64,000 nt of DNA from Bugula neritina (Eukaryota; Animalia; Bryozoa), in contig OZ037765.1 in the NCBI GenBank assembly GCA_964035545.1, positions 29,511,504-29,575,503 of the forward strand, read 5' to 3'. The notes beneath the pieces are model-generated. The model did no database searches. It saw only the letters and a list, made by a program, of their open reading frames with translations, and was not told the origin of the DNA. Of this stretch, positions 18,575 through 44,464 are shown piece by piece (positions within the stretch are counted from its first letter, which is position 1; every line of letters begins with the position of its first letter). Made by a program: the position numbers and the translations under genes.

Positions 18575-21500
18575 ATGTCCTTACAGAAAGATGCTTCACG
18601 TGGCATCACTCAAAGTTGGGGGTCGTGCATGCCACCCGGATTTACTGAGTTTGTCAAATGCTACATAGTTTTGGACAAACCTCGACAGTTACTTGTTTGT
18701 TATGAACAATCAAAGAATCAATCTCCTATTCAGGTTTGTATCAAGATAATAGTGAAGTTAGCTTCAAACTGATATGCTGGAAGTGGTTCTGTAATATCTA
18801 ATGTGCTGAAAGCTGGGTGCAGCACTATTATGCCTTCCAGTATGCGGAATCCAATGGCCATTTTTAGTAGCTGTTTATATCTCTTAGTGTTTTAGTTTAA
18901 AGCAGCTGATATCTCATTATGGAATATGAATTACTGTTAAGTTGGAGTTCAGCAATAGATTTGCTATTCACTACAGGCTTCACTGTTTGTGCATTCAGGC
19001 ATTGTGCATGGACACAAAGAATCTATTTGGCTTGCAGTTTTTCTTCTATTTTTATTAAAACAACAAGTCAGTTTTTGCAGCTTTTATTTGAGCAAATAGT
19101 ATTTGATAAAGATTGTGCAAGTAATAATTGGTTACTTCCTTGTTGTGTAATGTGAACAGCAATGCTACCCTGCATTGGGCTCAAAGCTAAAGTTATATAT
19201 ATACTTCAATATTGAAATATGCTGTACAGCTGTAATAGATATATGATGAGTTTATCAGGCCACTAATGTGATTATGGCTAACTTAGACTGTACTGCAGGG
19301 ATATTCTGGAGCCCAGCCAAATTGGCCAATCATCACTCAGTTTAAAACTGATAGCATTTCTCTGGTGGAGGAAGCTAGAAAATCTAAGCATCGATATTGC
19401 TTTGGTAAATTATACTGTCACATTATTATTTGGCAAATTAATCATATCAAAATGCAAACTTAGCTGTCAGCATGTACGTTGTAGATTAATTAATAGGTCA
19501 GCAGTTTACAGTCTCACATGGTGATGTCATTTCATTGTGTCATATGATTGTAGCCGTCCACTCATTAGCCAAAGTAACATATTTCTGTGCTGAGTCATGG
19601 AGGGATATGGAAGACTGGATATTATGTATTAAAGATAGTTGTCGGATATCAGTGAGTGTTACCAGCACCATTATAATATTAATGTAATATATTGTTATTT
19701 TTCCTCACTGAGCAGCGGTGGTCTAGGGGTTAGAGCGTTTGCCTAGTAAGCACGCAGTCATGAGTTCGAGCCCGACAAAGGCCATTGGTGATGCTAGCAA
19801 GAGCATCCAGTCATAATTGCTCCTGTGCCCCTTCTGAATAAGTCCTTAGCCCGATCTAACAAAAGACCCCTCCATTAGGGGTTTTCTCACAGGGATTGTA
19901 ACTATAAACTTGTGTGAGTTTTATTATTTTTCTTCACTCTCTCCTTTCTGTCTTCTTTTCCTCTTTTCTGCTATCTTCCAAGTTAGTATGCATAAGTTAC
20001 TATACTATACATAGAAGTTAATATACTATACATAGAAGTTAATATACTATACATAGAAGTTAATATACTATACATAGAAGTTAATATACTATACATAGAA
20101 GTTAATATACTATACATAGAAGTTAATATGCTATATACAGAAGTTAATATGTTATACATAGAAGTTAGTATACTATACATAGAAGTTACTATACTATACA
20201 TAGAAGTTAATATACTATACATAGAAGTTAATATGTTATACATAGAAGTTAATATACTATATACAGAAGTTGATATACTATATAGTTCTATACTTTTCAA
20301 ACCACCAGACACCAGGCACTTTTTTCTGGGCTTTACCACATGATGTGCTGTTAGTGTAATGTCGTTCAATGCTCATGAATGTTATTATTATTTAGTAGCA
20401 CCTCTAGAATATGTAAAGAAAATATTATAATGTTACTTTCTATGTATGGAGATGTGGTAATTGTGATTACTAAATTGAAGGCAGGCTATTATATAATTCC
20501 AGGTTGACAGGTCGCATCTGAACCCCAATAGAGTGTCCATAGTAGGCAGTTATGTGACGGAGATTGTGGGTGGCCAGGTCATCCAAACACCAATTACTGC
20601 TGAGGTAAGGGAGCTCAGGCTACAAATGTATTTAGCTCATTATTTGTGGATAGAATCTTTTGTTTTGAATGCTAATTCAAGTGCTCAGTTCTTTGCAGGT
20701 ATAAAATTACTAAAACTGTTACTGAAAGTTTTGTCATTTGCATGTGAAGTTGATTGTATCTTCCCTTACACTATGTTTTAAAGATATATGGCTAAATTTT
20801 TCATTTGATGTTTGAAAACAGTTGCATTGAACGAAACCACAACCATCAGTTCATGCAGTCACAAATTCATGCATACTAAGCATCCATCCTCGTAATGAGA
20901 AGCAATGAAAACGCAATGAATGTGAAAGCATGTAAGGAATTTCTGTCAGCTGAGAAGCAAGCTGCAGGGGGGAGGAGGGTAACGGCATTGCTGTTTGTAA
21001 GTCTATTCCTAACATGTGTGATTGCAGTGTAACGAGACTGTTGTCAATGGAAACAGACGATCCAGTGCTGGCAGACGAACGAGTGGCAGAAAGGAAACTC
21101 TAGATACTAAAGTTGACTCAGTTGTGACGGAAAAGCAAGTTATTCTTAGGTCAGGGTTTGCTGTCAAACAAGGAGCAAAGGTTAGTCATGCTATTAGTCA
21201 AAGATTATTGTGTTTATGTTAGTTGGAGTTATTCTCTCAATCTGTTACAAGGGCAGCAGTTTAAATATGGGTTAATTAATTGTTTTATATATTAATATAT
21301 TGTGACTTGTTTTATTAAGTATGTTGATTTAATGTGTTTCGGAATAATATTTGTAATTTTCTGTGTCTGCACTAACTTATTACTTATAATTATCATATTA
21401 TATTATCATATAGCAATTATCACATTTATTTATTATATTATCTTTTTTGAATTTTTATAATTATATTACATTATAGCTATTATTACATTTAATTATTTTA

Positions 21501-22663
21501 TTCATACATTTTAGATGAAGAGTTGGAAAAGAAGATTTTTCTGTCTCACAGATACTGATATTTCATATTATAAGAATGAGTTTGTGAGTTCGAATCATAT
21601 TCTTATTTTTAATTATTTAGTTTTTTAAAATCTCAACAAAATGTTCAACGTCATTTTCCGTTACCTGTTTTTAAATATTTGGTTATATTTTCAGGCTACC
21701 AAAGCCCTTCGTCGCATTCTTCTCACTGATATCATGGATGTGAAAGTGTCAGACAGGTGAGAGCATTGCATGCTCGGTTGATTTAGGGTGTCTGGTCACA
21801 CGACACTAGTAGTAGGTCACATGACACTGTTAGTTGGTCACATGACGCTAGTAGTAGGTCACATGACGCTGATAGTTGGTCACATGACGCTGGTAGTTGG
21901 TCACATCATACTGGTAGTTGGTCACATGACACTAATATTTGTTCACATGACACTACTCTTTGGTCACATGCTACTATGCTGTAGGCATCTCTTATAATAT
22001 GTTGTAGTGAACTCACATCCATAAGGAGTAACCTTGTAGACCTAGTAACAACATACAGGACTTTCTACCTGCAGGTTAGTATGTATTACTGTACTACCAG
22101 CAAAGGCTGTGCTGGGGCAAAGTAAAAACACTGAAACTGATCGTTTCAATGTCTCATTTAGCTGTATTGTGAGCTTATCGTGATTACTTATATCTCAGTC
22201 TAGGGGTTTGTTACTGAGTTTGTTGAATGATGGAGATATTGGTTGACTAAAGCATGTAGCTTCATGTTTGTGTAAAATGGTTACATTCTATACTATAAAT
22301 CAGTGCTAACTAAGATAGCTTTGAATTTGTTGTGGTGGGGAGCCTCCCCCCTATCTTCCATGGTCATGACACTGTTTAATATTCATATGAGTTGCGATGA
22401 GTTAATGTTTTAACTGTCATACATTTTATGCTTTGTTTGTAACAGTTTATGGCCACCTCAATCAACACGTATAGTCTCCGTTAGACTCTAAAAGTGTTAG
22501 ACACTTAGTTAGTAATAATAGAGAAGTTTATAATAAGTAGTTGATTGGTTGTATTCATCTCCCCTTCTCTTGCTCTTTCTAGTTTGACTCAGTGGAGGAA
22601 ATGTGCTCATGGATTGAAGATATTAGGAAGAATGCGGGACTATCATCTAGCACCTACCTATAG
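18575..22663 (+). CDS. PLEKHA1: Tandem PH-domain adaptor, TAPP1/2 (PLEKHA1/2)-like, 9 exons
   Basis: Exons ~18575-18733, 19299-19404, 19554-19651, 20503-20604, 21028-21180, 21515-21583, 21695-21757, 22008-22074, 22583-22663. TAPP-type linker YVTEIVGGQVIQTP; C-terminal PH RSGFAVKQGAKMKSWKRRFF...TTYRTFYLQFDSVEEMCSWI; ends STYL*. Confidence 0.85.
19710..19923 (+). mobile_element. tRNA-Thr(AGT)-derived SINE
   Basis: Head gagcagcggtggtctaggggttagagcgtttgcctAGTaagcac...gagttcgagcc (A and B boxes), body shared with the 24697 copy, flanked by the near-identical direct repeat ttatttttc(c/t)tcact. Confidence 0.85.
19996..20285. repeat. 21-bp minisatellite (tatactatacatagaagttaa)n, ~13-14 units
   Basis: Direct tandem repeat in an intron; gives spurious (SILTSMY)n ORFs. 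Confidence 0.95.
21792..21972. repeat. 21-bp minisatellite (ggtcacatgacactagtagtt)n, ~9 units
   Basis: ggtcacatga recurs every 21 bp inside an intron of the PH gene. Confidence 0.93.
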
Positions 22664-23622
22664 TTGTAAGATCCACAGCTATGTATCTGAACTTAGCCTA
22701 ACGTTACTGATGAGTGTAGTTGTTGTATTATAGCGCTGTTCACAATCAACTCCTTTCTAGTCATAAGTTTCTGGAGTCCATTTTGGACAGTGCACTGTAT
22801 GATATATTTTAAAGATTTATTTATTATGGCGTATTTTAACCCGGTGTATATATTACATATTCATTATCCGCAAATATTAACTCAGGCCTGAGTTAATTAT
22901 TGATATTCAGTGGTAAATTGATATTTAGAATAATTATATGATATTTTCTAATGTTTTTATGTAAGTTATTGCTTTTAGGTGCCTCGATTTGATGTTTTGG
23001 GCAAAAAGTTTAAGAAATGTTTTGATGAATTTAAAAATAACTTCAGTTTTTAATTTAATAATTAGTACAGCTAACTGTAGTCTAATGTTTATTGATCTTC
23101 TACTTGTACACGTCTGTTATAATTCACTTGTCTCAGGTTTTAATCAAGTGTGAAGTTGAAACTTAAAATCATTTGCTTCACAGTATGGTTTTTTATATTT
23201 CATTTGCAACACATGTTTTATGGGGTAATTTTATAATGTAAGTTATTAAATATATTGGAAATTTATTTAAACATATATATAATAATAATATAATATACAA
23301 TAATATATAATTATGACTTTATGATACATATAGTTGATATATGAATTATATAAATCATAATCAAAATTTTCTGTTTGCCATTAGATAAAAGTTATTATAT
23401 GTAGGCATATGCGATTGAAAGACGGTTTTTCATCATATAAGAAAGCCCTGATTATCTTACATGTTCACGTACCTTTATACTCAATTTGTGTTTTGCTTTA
23501 ACAATTCAAATGTTTTTTGACCATAATCAAGTTTGTGCAGCGTTTCAACTTAGCTTAGCGCAGGTTAATAATCTTTTGAATGTTGGTTGTGTTTGGCACT
23601 AGGTTTTTATATACATGAGCAT

Positions 23623-30365
<6,743 letters not shown>

Positions 30366-30774
30366 GTTGATTCTGCAAACACATAGTTTATAGAGTATCG
30401 TATGCATATACATCATTACAAAAGTTGCAATGTAAATTTTACAAATTTAGCATTAATTATTATGACAGTGAAACAGAAAAGATGAGTATGGTAATGTGGT
30501 TTATCACTATTTAGAGAATAGTATGTACAAGTGTTAGGCCAGAACAATTTTTGCGTAACAATAATATAGTAATAATAAAAATGATAACTAACTGGTGCAT
30601 TAAAATACTTAAATTCCAGCCTTACATTACAATAATCAGAAAATTTATTTCTATATAAGCTAAATTATATATAACATAATATTATGAATATTTTGTTATA
30701 CATAATTTTATGTATTCATACACAATGAGATAAAAGTTTTGATATCAAATTCTAAACTTATTAAAAATTGAAGC

Positions 30775-31125
<351 letters not shown>

Positions 31126-32638
31126 GTAAAAGATAATATACTATAATATAATATAATATGCAACAACTAATGGCCATACTACAATAACAAAGTAAGGTGT
31201 ATCAAACTCTCTCAAAGTTGTGTTACTCAAACATATACAAAATGTTGTGCCTCAAACCATGAATTATAATTTAATAATTTAATGTTATAGTTAGTAAGTG
31301 CTGTAAGAGTTTAGCTACTCACTGATATTTTTTTATATCTGCAACTACCTGCTCCTTGTTTAGCAAACCTTTCAGTTACAGCCCCAAATCACAAGTAATA
31401 CCTGAAATAGAATACAGCGTCTTACTACCCACCTTTAAGTACTGAGTCATCTCGTTATAGCCTTAAAGTGCAGTTTCTTCAACATTAAGTAAATCGTTTA
31501 CGTTTTGCAAGCAAACCACAAGACTCATGGTCTTACTTAAGTAATCTAAGGCTAAAAAGCAACTTCATATACTGGAGTTATTAAAATCTTAAGGTGGTAC
31601 CAGCAGTTGCTGAGAAATAGGTGTTTGTCTGTTCAGGGCTCTTTGAAGTCCATTCCAAATTGGCTCTAGTTGGCAAAGTCTAATTTTACAGGTAAGTATT
31701 GGAAGTTACAGATGTTATTTTGACCAGTGTATGCGTTCAGCTTTGATAAGCTGCTGGTAAACTGTTAAAAAGAAAGTAATTGTACTTTTGAATACATGTA
31801 TTGCCAATAAGACTTCCGCTAAGATAAAAAAAATTATTCTGGTACAGCCCGAATATGGTTGAGAGGCTTGTGCTTTGTCTCCTCCCCTCGTTACTCAATT
31901 GTGAGCACTCAGCTTCTTAGAAATTACCTTTCTCTGAAAGGTAAAATGTGAGTCATGAAAGCTTAAATCTGCCACAATGTCACAAATTTTGTTTAAAAGA
32001 CCCAACTCTCATTGAAGTATTAAAAAAGTTTTCCTAATTGTTTTTGGCTAAGAAAGGTTACTAAAAATGAAAATAGCATTCAAATTTGACGAATTTCCAA
32101 AAGTGTTAGGTATAACTTAAAATAGGCAGCATATTTTGTAATTTGTATTTGATAATTCTGGAGCTAATCATAGAATGGAAATTTGTTTTGTTTAACACTC
32201 TGTAGTCAAGAAATATAAACAACGTCATGTTTTAATATCAGTGCTATAATTGCAATCTAGCAGTAACATAGCATTTAGTAAAGCAAGCATAAGTATGCTT
32301 ATTGCTTGTTGGCCAAAATTAACAGATCAGATATCATGGCTCTTCCTCTTGATTCATATCCCACTAGTCGTTTTGTCAAATGTTGTAAAAGTGGTGAATT
32401 ACTAAAATTTTTCGAACAGGGATCAACTTTACCTTGCAATTCCCACCTGCCTAGTTTTAGCATTGGGTTTTGAAGTTTGTATGTGTAATAATGCAACCAG
32501 GGCTAAGTTTATTTGCGCATTTTAAGATTATGAAAGTATTTTTAATTTAAATTTGAGTAAGCCCAGCTTGCAATAAATTAAGGTCCACTTTAGCATGCAG
32601 AGCAATACTCATTAGAAAAAGGTCATAAAGCTGGAAAA

Positions 32639-35600
32639 TTAGACTAAATGTAGGCGTGTTTTATTTTCTTAATGCATAATTTTACAAAACTTTTGAAATA
32701 AACCTTAGCTTTTGTGAAAAATTACACAAACTACCAAACTTTTTATTTCATCATCCATCTTCCTCTCCAGTTGCTCCTGCTGACTGCATACAAGACAAAC
32801 TTCCTCAAGTATTTACTAACTATAAGCTCAAAGCCATGTATGGCATATTTCATGTATGCCATAAAGTCAGCCCCTGCTGCCAGTGATACTGGTCACTTAT
32901 TGGTTGAAGTATAACTGATGGCATCACAGAATAGAGTTAGTGTAACAATTCTCCAAATATTGTAAATGTACAGTGCAGTGATGGCTTACTCATGGAACTG
33001 AAGAGTTGTATGATATTGCAACATGATGAATGGCTGATTAAACTTAAAAGTTACAATCATCAAAAAATTAATTAAGATTTGTATGTCTATGCAGATTCAA
33101 TGCGCAGTATTGAATTACAAATTTAATTATTGCTGATAGGAATAACCAGCTAAGTATTTTCATTGTTCTTCATAATTGTAAGAAATATTGTTTAACATAA
33201 ACTAGATAAAAGAGAACCTAAACTTAATGCGACTATATAACTTCTAAATTATTTGCATATGTTGAATCGAAATTTTATGAATTGCAAGCATGAAAATTAT
33301 CAGTATAGATATTTGCAAGTGAATGGGTGAAAGCGATAATAAAGAAATAAAAGTAGAAGTTGAATTTCATTATGACTCATCACTCAGTTTTTTGCTGTGA
33401 TAACAACAAATCTGGTGAAAAGAGAGAAATCTGAAAATGCATTTACACTGCATTCCGTGACTTCACATTTCGAATGCCCAGATGGATAAATTTGTGGTTT
33501 TAGTAATTTGCATGAACTTGTGGCTTTATTAGATGCAACTGTTTCCAAATGTCATTGAAAAACCCCATTTGCATATTTCGAAGCTTGGAAACTCCATGTC
33601 AGGCAGGTGAAGCTATGAGATACAAACTGAAGAATATAGAACACAATGGTTGCCCAAAGCATTGATTAAAAAGTCTGCAATCAGGCAGGTATACTGTGCA
33701 TTTAGAGAAGAAGATGTTCAACGCAGTGTTAGATAAAAATTGAACTTTCTTTCTATAATTTTTGTGGGTGTATATCAGCATACACTCACAGAAATGTTTA
33801 TAATAATATATTGTAATAGAAATAAAAAAATATTTTTTTCATGCAGATTTATCTAAATAAGGTCAAAAAATAGCCAGTTTGATCTAATCTAATGGTAGTG
33901 TTAAAAATAAGTTGTTTTGACGTTTGACTAATGACCAACACTATAGCGTACCAGCATAACGCAGACTGCAAATGGAAAGGTATTGAAGAGTTTGCATTTA
34001 GACTGGTCATGGTGGGGTATATATCAGCTGCATGTAAGATCCGTCAGTATACTATTACAGCTCCGAAATATCTGATGAAACATAAATTGTTCTACAGCTC
34101 TAGCTAGCAGGTATCAGAGTTCACAAAAACCGCTAAAAATTGTAATTCTGTGTTTGTGTGACAAAAAAAGATACAATTTAAGTATTTTAGTAACTTTTGA
34201 TAAAACAAAATATAAAATTCCAAGTATGTATATGCATGTCAAACAACTACAATATGCAGTTAATGGCTGACTCCCTCTCTCCATATAAATCTAAAAATAT
34301 TTCAGAGAAAAAAGAAGCTGCAGGCCTTTTTACAAAGCCTCATGAATCTTCGCCATATTTCTTTTATGGGTTAACTGGTTTCAGCTGAGATATTTTAAGT
34401 TAAGTGAAACATTTTCAATCCACATTGCATTCAATTAAAGTTTATCTCTGACATTGGGATTATCATGAAAATATATTTCTCAATTAGCAAGTATTATAGC
34501 TTGTAACTGAAGCATGTAAGATTTCGAGTAATATTAAATTATAAACATTAGCTGCACTATTAATACACACATTAAACATTAAAACCGGCTGCTCTGCAAA
34601 TTTTTGCTTATATCATTTTATTCAAATTGCTTGTCAAAACTTTGATGGGAGCTACATGAAGGTTTATATTGAGACTGCATCACTACTCATAATGGCCATA
34701 TGCTGCAGCCCATAACAGCATTAACATTCTCACTCTTTAATGCCAATTCTTATGCTAGTTTTAGCTCTTTTAGCTATGGGCTGATTGCATTATACTCTGC
34801 AACTATTTTTGTAGGACATTATTTTATAAATGAGTCAATGAAGTGTAAACTTTATGCACCACATCGTAGTTATTGCTTATACGCACCATTTAACTAAATA
34901 TCTTGGAATAATGGCTTCAGGTCATTATTGAGCTGCATAAACCTTATTTACTTCGTGTTTCTAGTATTTCATCATCTTTAGCGATTTAACTGTCAAAAAA
35001 CTAGATGACTAGGTGTAATGGTAAATTGCATTTAGCAAGAAAATGTGGGCCAATTGTTTCTGTAATAAAAATTACTCTATTTGACATAATACCATCTATT
35101 AATTCACCTATGCAATAACACACTACTTATAAATATTTTTAATTCATATAAAAATAGAACCACCTATTATACTTATGTATTAAGTGACCCTTTGTTATAT
35201 GAAGTAGATGCAGCAATGATGGAATTGAAAAAAAACCTGTACGTTCTAGATTAGAAATATAGCAAAGAAAGTTATGTTCTCATGAAGATTTCAGCAGCGC
35301 CTCAAACCAAAATTGATTTCAATCTGGCCAACAAAGAAAATAGAGCAATTTGAAAATTTATTCAAACGGTAAATTAAACGAGACAATTTTTGAGATGTGA
35401 ACTGTAAGGGAAAGAGTACTGAATTGTTCAAAATATTGAGACGCTTTGTTAGAGCAAGAGTTATATAGCTATACATTAAACGTAGGTTATTTTCAAACTG
35501 GCTGAGGTTTAGCTACTCTTTATAATATATAATTTAGCACAAAGCTTTTTTCAAGTAATCAATGGGAGAAGTTTAAATTGCAAGCAGTTGAAATTGGGAG

Positions 35601-36147
35601 ATGTACCTGTAATACTGCTCAAATTGTAAAATTGTTGATTGACACTTTTTAAAGATCATAACTCCTCAATATTATTATAGTTAATAATTTATCACTATGC
35701 AAGCATGGCAGTTACACTGATCAATGTTATTCTAAATATACCTTTCAGTTGGGAGTTTACATATATATAGTGTTAGGTACCCAATACAGCATTAAGTATG
35801 CATGAAGCTATTTTCTGAATATATGTGTACATATATTATTGTGATGTACCTTAAGTATATAATATATATTCTGTTCTACAACCAATGAGTGACCAGTATT
35901 GTTGGCAGCAGGAGATTGGCTTTATGGCATACATGACATGTGTCACACCAGAGCTTTGAGCTTATAGTCAGCGAATACTTGAGGAAGTTTGTCTTATACG
36001 CAGTCGGCAGTAGCAACAGCAACCAGAAAGGAAGATGGATGATGAAATAAAAACTTTGGTGGTTTGTATTTTCACAGAAGCTAAGGTTTTATTTCAAAAG
36101 TCCGGTAAATTATGCATTAGGAAAGTTAAAAACAACATTCAGTCTAG
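32639..36147. repeat. Pair of ~270-bp diverged inverted repeats (32639-32909 and 35879-36147)
   Basis: For example, tttttatttcatcatccatcttcc / ggaagatggatgatgaaataaaaa; aagacaaacttcctcaagtatt / aatacttgaggaagtttgtctt; atactggtcact / agtgaccagtat. The blocks are colinear in inverted order. Confidence 0.85.
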
Positions 36148-36287
36148 CTCGTGCTAATTGGCTAAGTAGAATTCACTTCAAAATAAGCTTCACTAGTATA
36201 GAGAACTCCCTGAATTAATTGTACAAGTCATACAAAAATAGACATTCCAATAAAGCAAAGGTCAGAAGTTTGTTCACTTTATTCCAA

Positions 36288-42285
<5,998 letters not shown>

Positions 42286-43434
42286 CCTTTTAATATAATT
42301 AAAACAAGTTTAATTTGAACAGAGTGATTGGGTACAGTAACTATAAAACTTTTTTGTGTAACAGTTACTAATACAAATAAATCTGTCGATGTGAAAGTTA
42401 GAATTTGCAAAGCTAACCGGGAGAGTATGATGAAAAGATAACTCCTAGTAATAAGTTTTGAATAGAAAATTATTCTCTGCATAATTAATAATTTTTATCG
42501 CTAAATTTTTACATCAAAATTTCTTTCTTACTTTAAGTAAAATTATTATTGAAATGTGACTAGATGAACCATATTATAAAGTCGAAATATAAAAAACAGT
42601 AAAAGTAACCACATGCAGGGCATTGGAAATGACTCACCAACATATTATAAGAATTATGTCCTCTGTGCAATTTTGTACCTAACAGCATTATCGACGCGTC
42701 AATTAAATAAAAGAGGACAACTCTATTTTTGTTTTAAATATGCAATGTTTCGACTAGTCTGAGACAACACCAAACAACATATTATAAAATTCAGATGATG
42801 TTGTTTCGAATATAGATTGTTGGCCATTTACATATCTCGGACAACAAAACAAATTCAAATTTCAGTAAATCTGAGTGATGCATGATGATTATGATTATTG
42901 TTAATATAATTATATTAATATACTTATAATTATATCCTTTAACCCTTTACAATAATCAAGGTTTCCTAAATTATTGAATAATTGAAGCTACAGTATTTAA
43001 AATAATTATTCTCACTAAATTTACCTATAAAATGTAATTAGTAACTCATGTTTACTTTTGTCTTTTAAATTAAAATTTATGTGATTGTGTAACTTTTTTA
43101 TTATATTAAATTTAATCACTATGATTATCATTATGATGTTGATATTTATATTGAGTGATGCTGATAATTAATAATCGTTAAATTATAATCAGTATTATAC
43201 TTATAGTGGTATTATGATGACAGTCATACTCATACTGTGATATTCATAATCATTTCTGGTTTCATAATCTTGACGTTAATCTAAATCAATATAAATATCA
43301 TTCAATTCGAATTTCATATTCATATTGATATTCATATCGTGATAATGATATTCTCATACTGATAGTCAATTTCATATTTATATTGTTATTTATATTAACT
43401 TAAACTAATATATTTGATGCACTATTATTGATAG

Positions 43435-43712
43435 TATTAGTTATACTTACAGTAACTGTAAGAGTAAGTATTTGGTATTATAGTTGAAATTTTTTGATTT
43501 ATAATTTTCATTCAAAATCAAATGTAATAGTTGCAACAATAACATTAATTATAACATTACCATTAAGTTTAAGTATAAGTTTCAGACACTCATACTTAAT
43601 GTTTATGTTATAGTTGATGTTATTGTATTTGTTGCAACTGTTACATTTGAATGAAAATTATGAAAAAAATCAATAAATCACAACTATAATACTTACAGTT
43701 ACTATAACTAAG
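43435..43712. repeat. Imperfect ~280-bp palindrome within a low-complexity tract
   Basis: ataattttcattcaaa..caaatgtaatagttgcaacaa is mirrored by ttgttgcaactgttacatttgaatgaaaattat; outer arms attatagttg / caactataat. Confidence 0.7.
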
Positions 43713-44464
43713 ACTAGAAATATTAGTATATGAAGTACATTTGAATTATAACTATCACTCTTGGTATTAGTAGTAGGTTTAGTCTTTTACTTTTAGTATT
43801 CTGTATTGATGTTAGTATTATTGTTACTATTTGTATTAGAACTTTATAGTAATACTTATAGTAATGGTAGAAGTTTTAGTAATTAGTTCTGCAGTGCTGT
43901 AGGCATAGCAGCAAAGTAAAGCTAAAAGTTAAATTAATTATCATAATTGTAAATGAAAAATATCAATATATGGATTGAAAATAAAAATTAACTCAATTCC
44001 AAGACTTTCAGTGAATCACACTTATTAAGTTACTATATATCTCTTTCTGCTATCCCTCTAAATAGAGTAAGATGTCTACTTGAAAGTTGTTTGTGTGTCA
44101 CTTGGTGACTCTAGAGTGCAATCCATGACCTGTATATGCGATCTCAGTGTTGTCATGGAAAGTAATTATTCATATATAATAGAATTGCGATAAATAGATT
44201 TTATTGTTCAAAGGACATGTTTAATAGGTAGTACAGAGATAGTGAAGTTAGTATCTACCAAAAACATTAGCTATTTAAATGAATGCTTTTTATAGCTCTA
44301 TCTCTGGAAGCTTGTAAAGCAACATTGTTATAATGCAATGCTATAAATAGTATTATTACTATAAATATAAGTATAACTTCTATCATTTGAATACTGTGAT
44401 CAAACCTTCTACTAAAACACAGTTGTTTATATACTTCTTTACTTGGTTGAAGATGATTTCAGCT

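Noticed and set aside
19710-19785. Functional tRNA-Thr gene
   Set aside because: The acceptor stem does not close, and the sequence continues into a repeated body flanked by TSDs, so it is a SINE head.
19983-20369. (SILTSMY)n and (LYIEVN)n ORFs; also (GHMTLVV)n at 21788-21997
   Set aside because: Products of 21-bp intronic minisatellites, with no splice or homology support.
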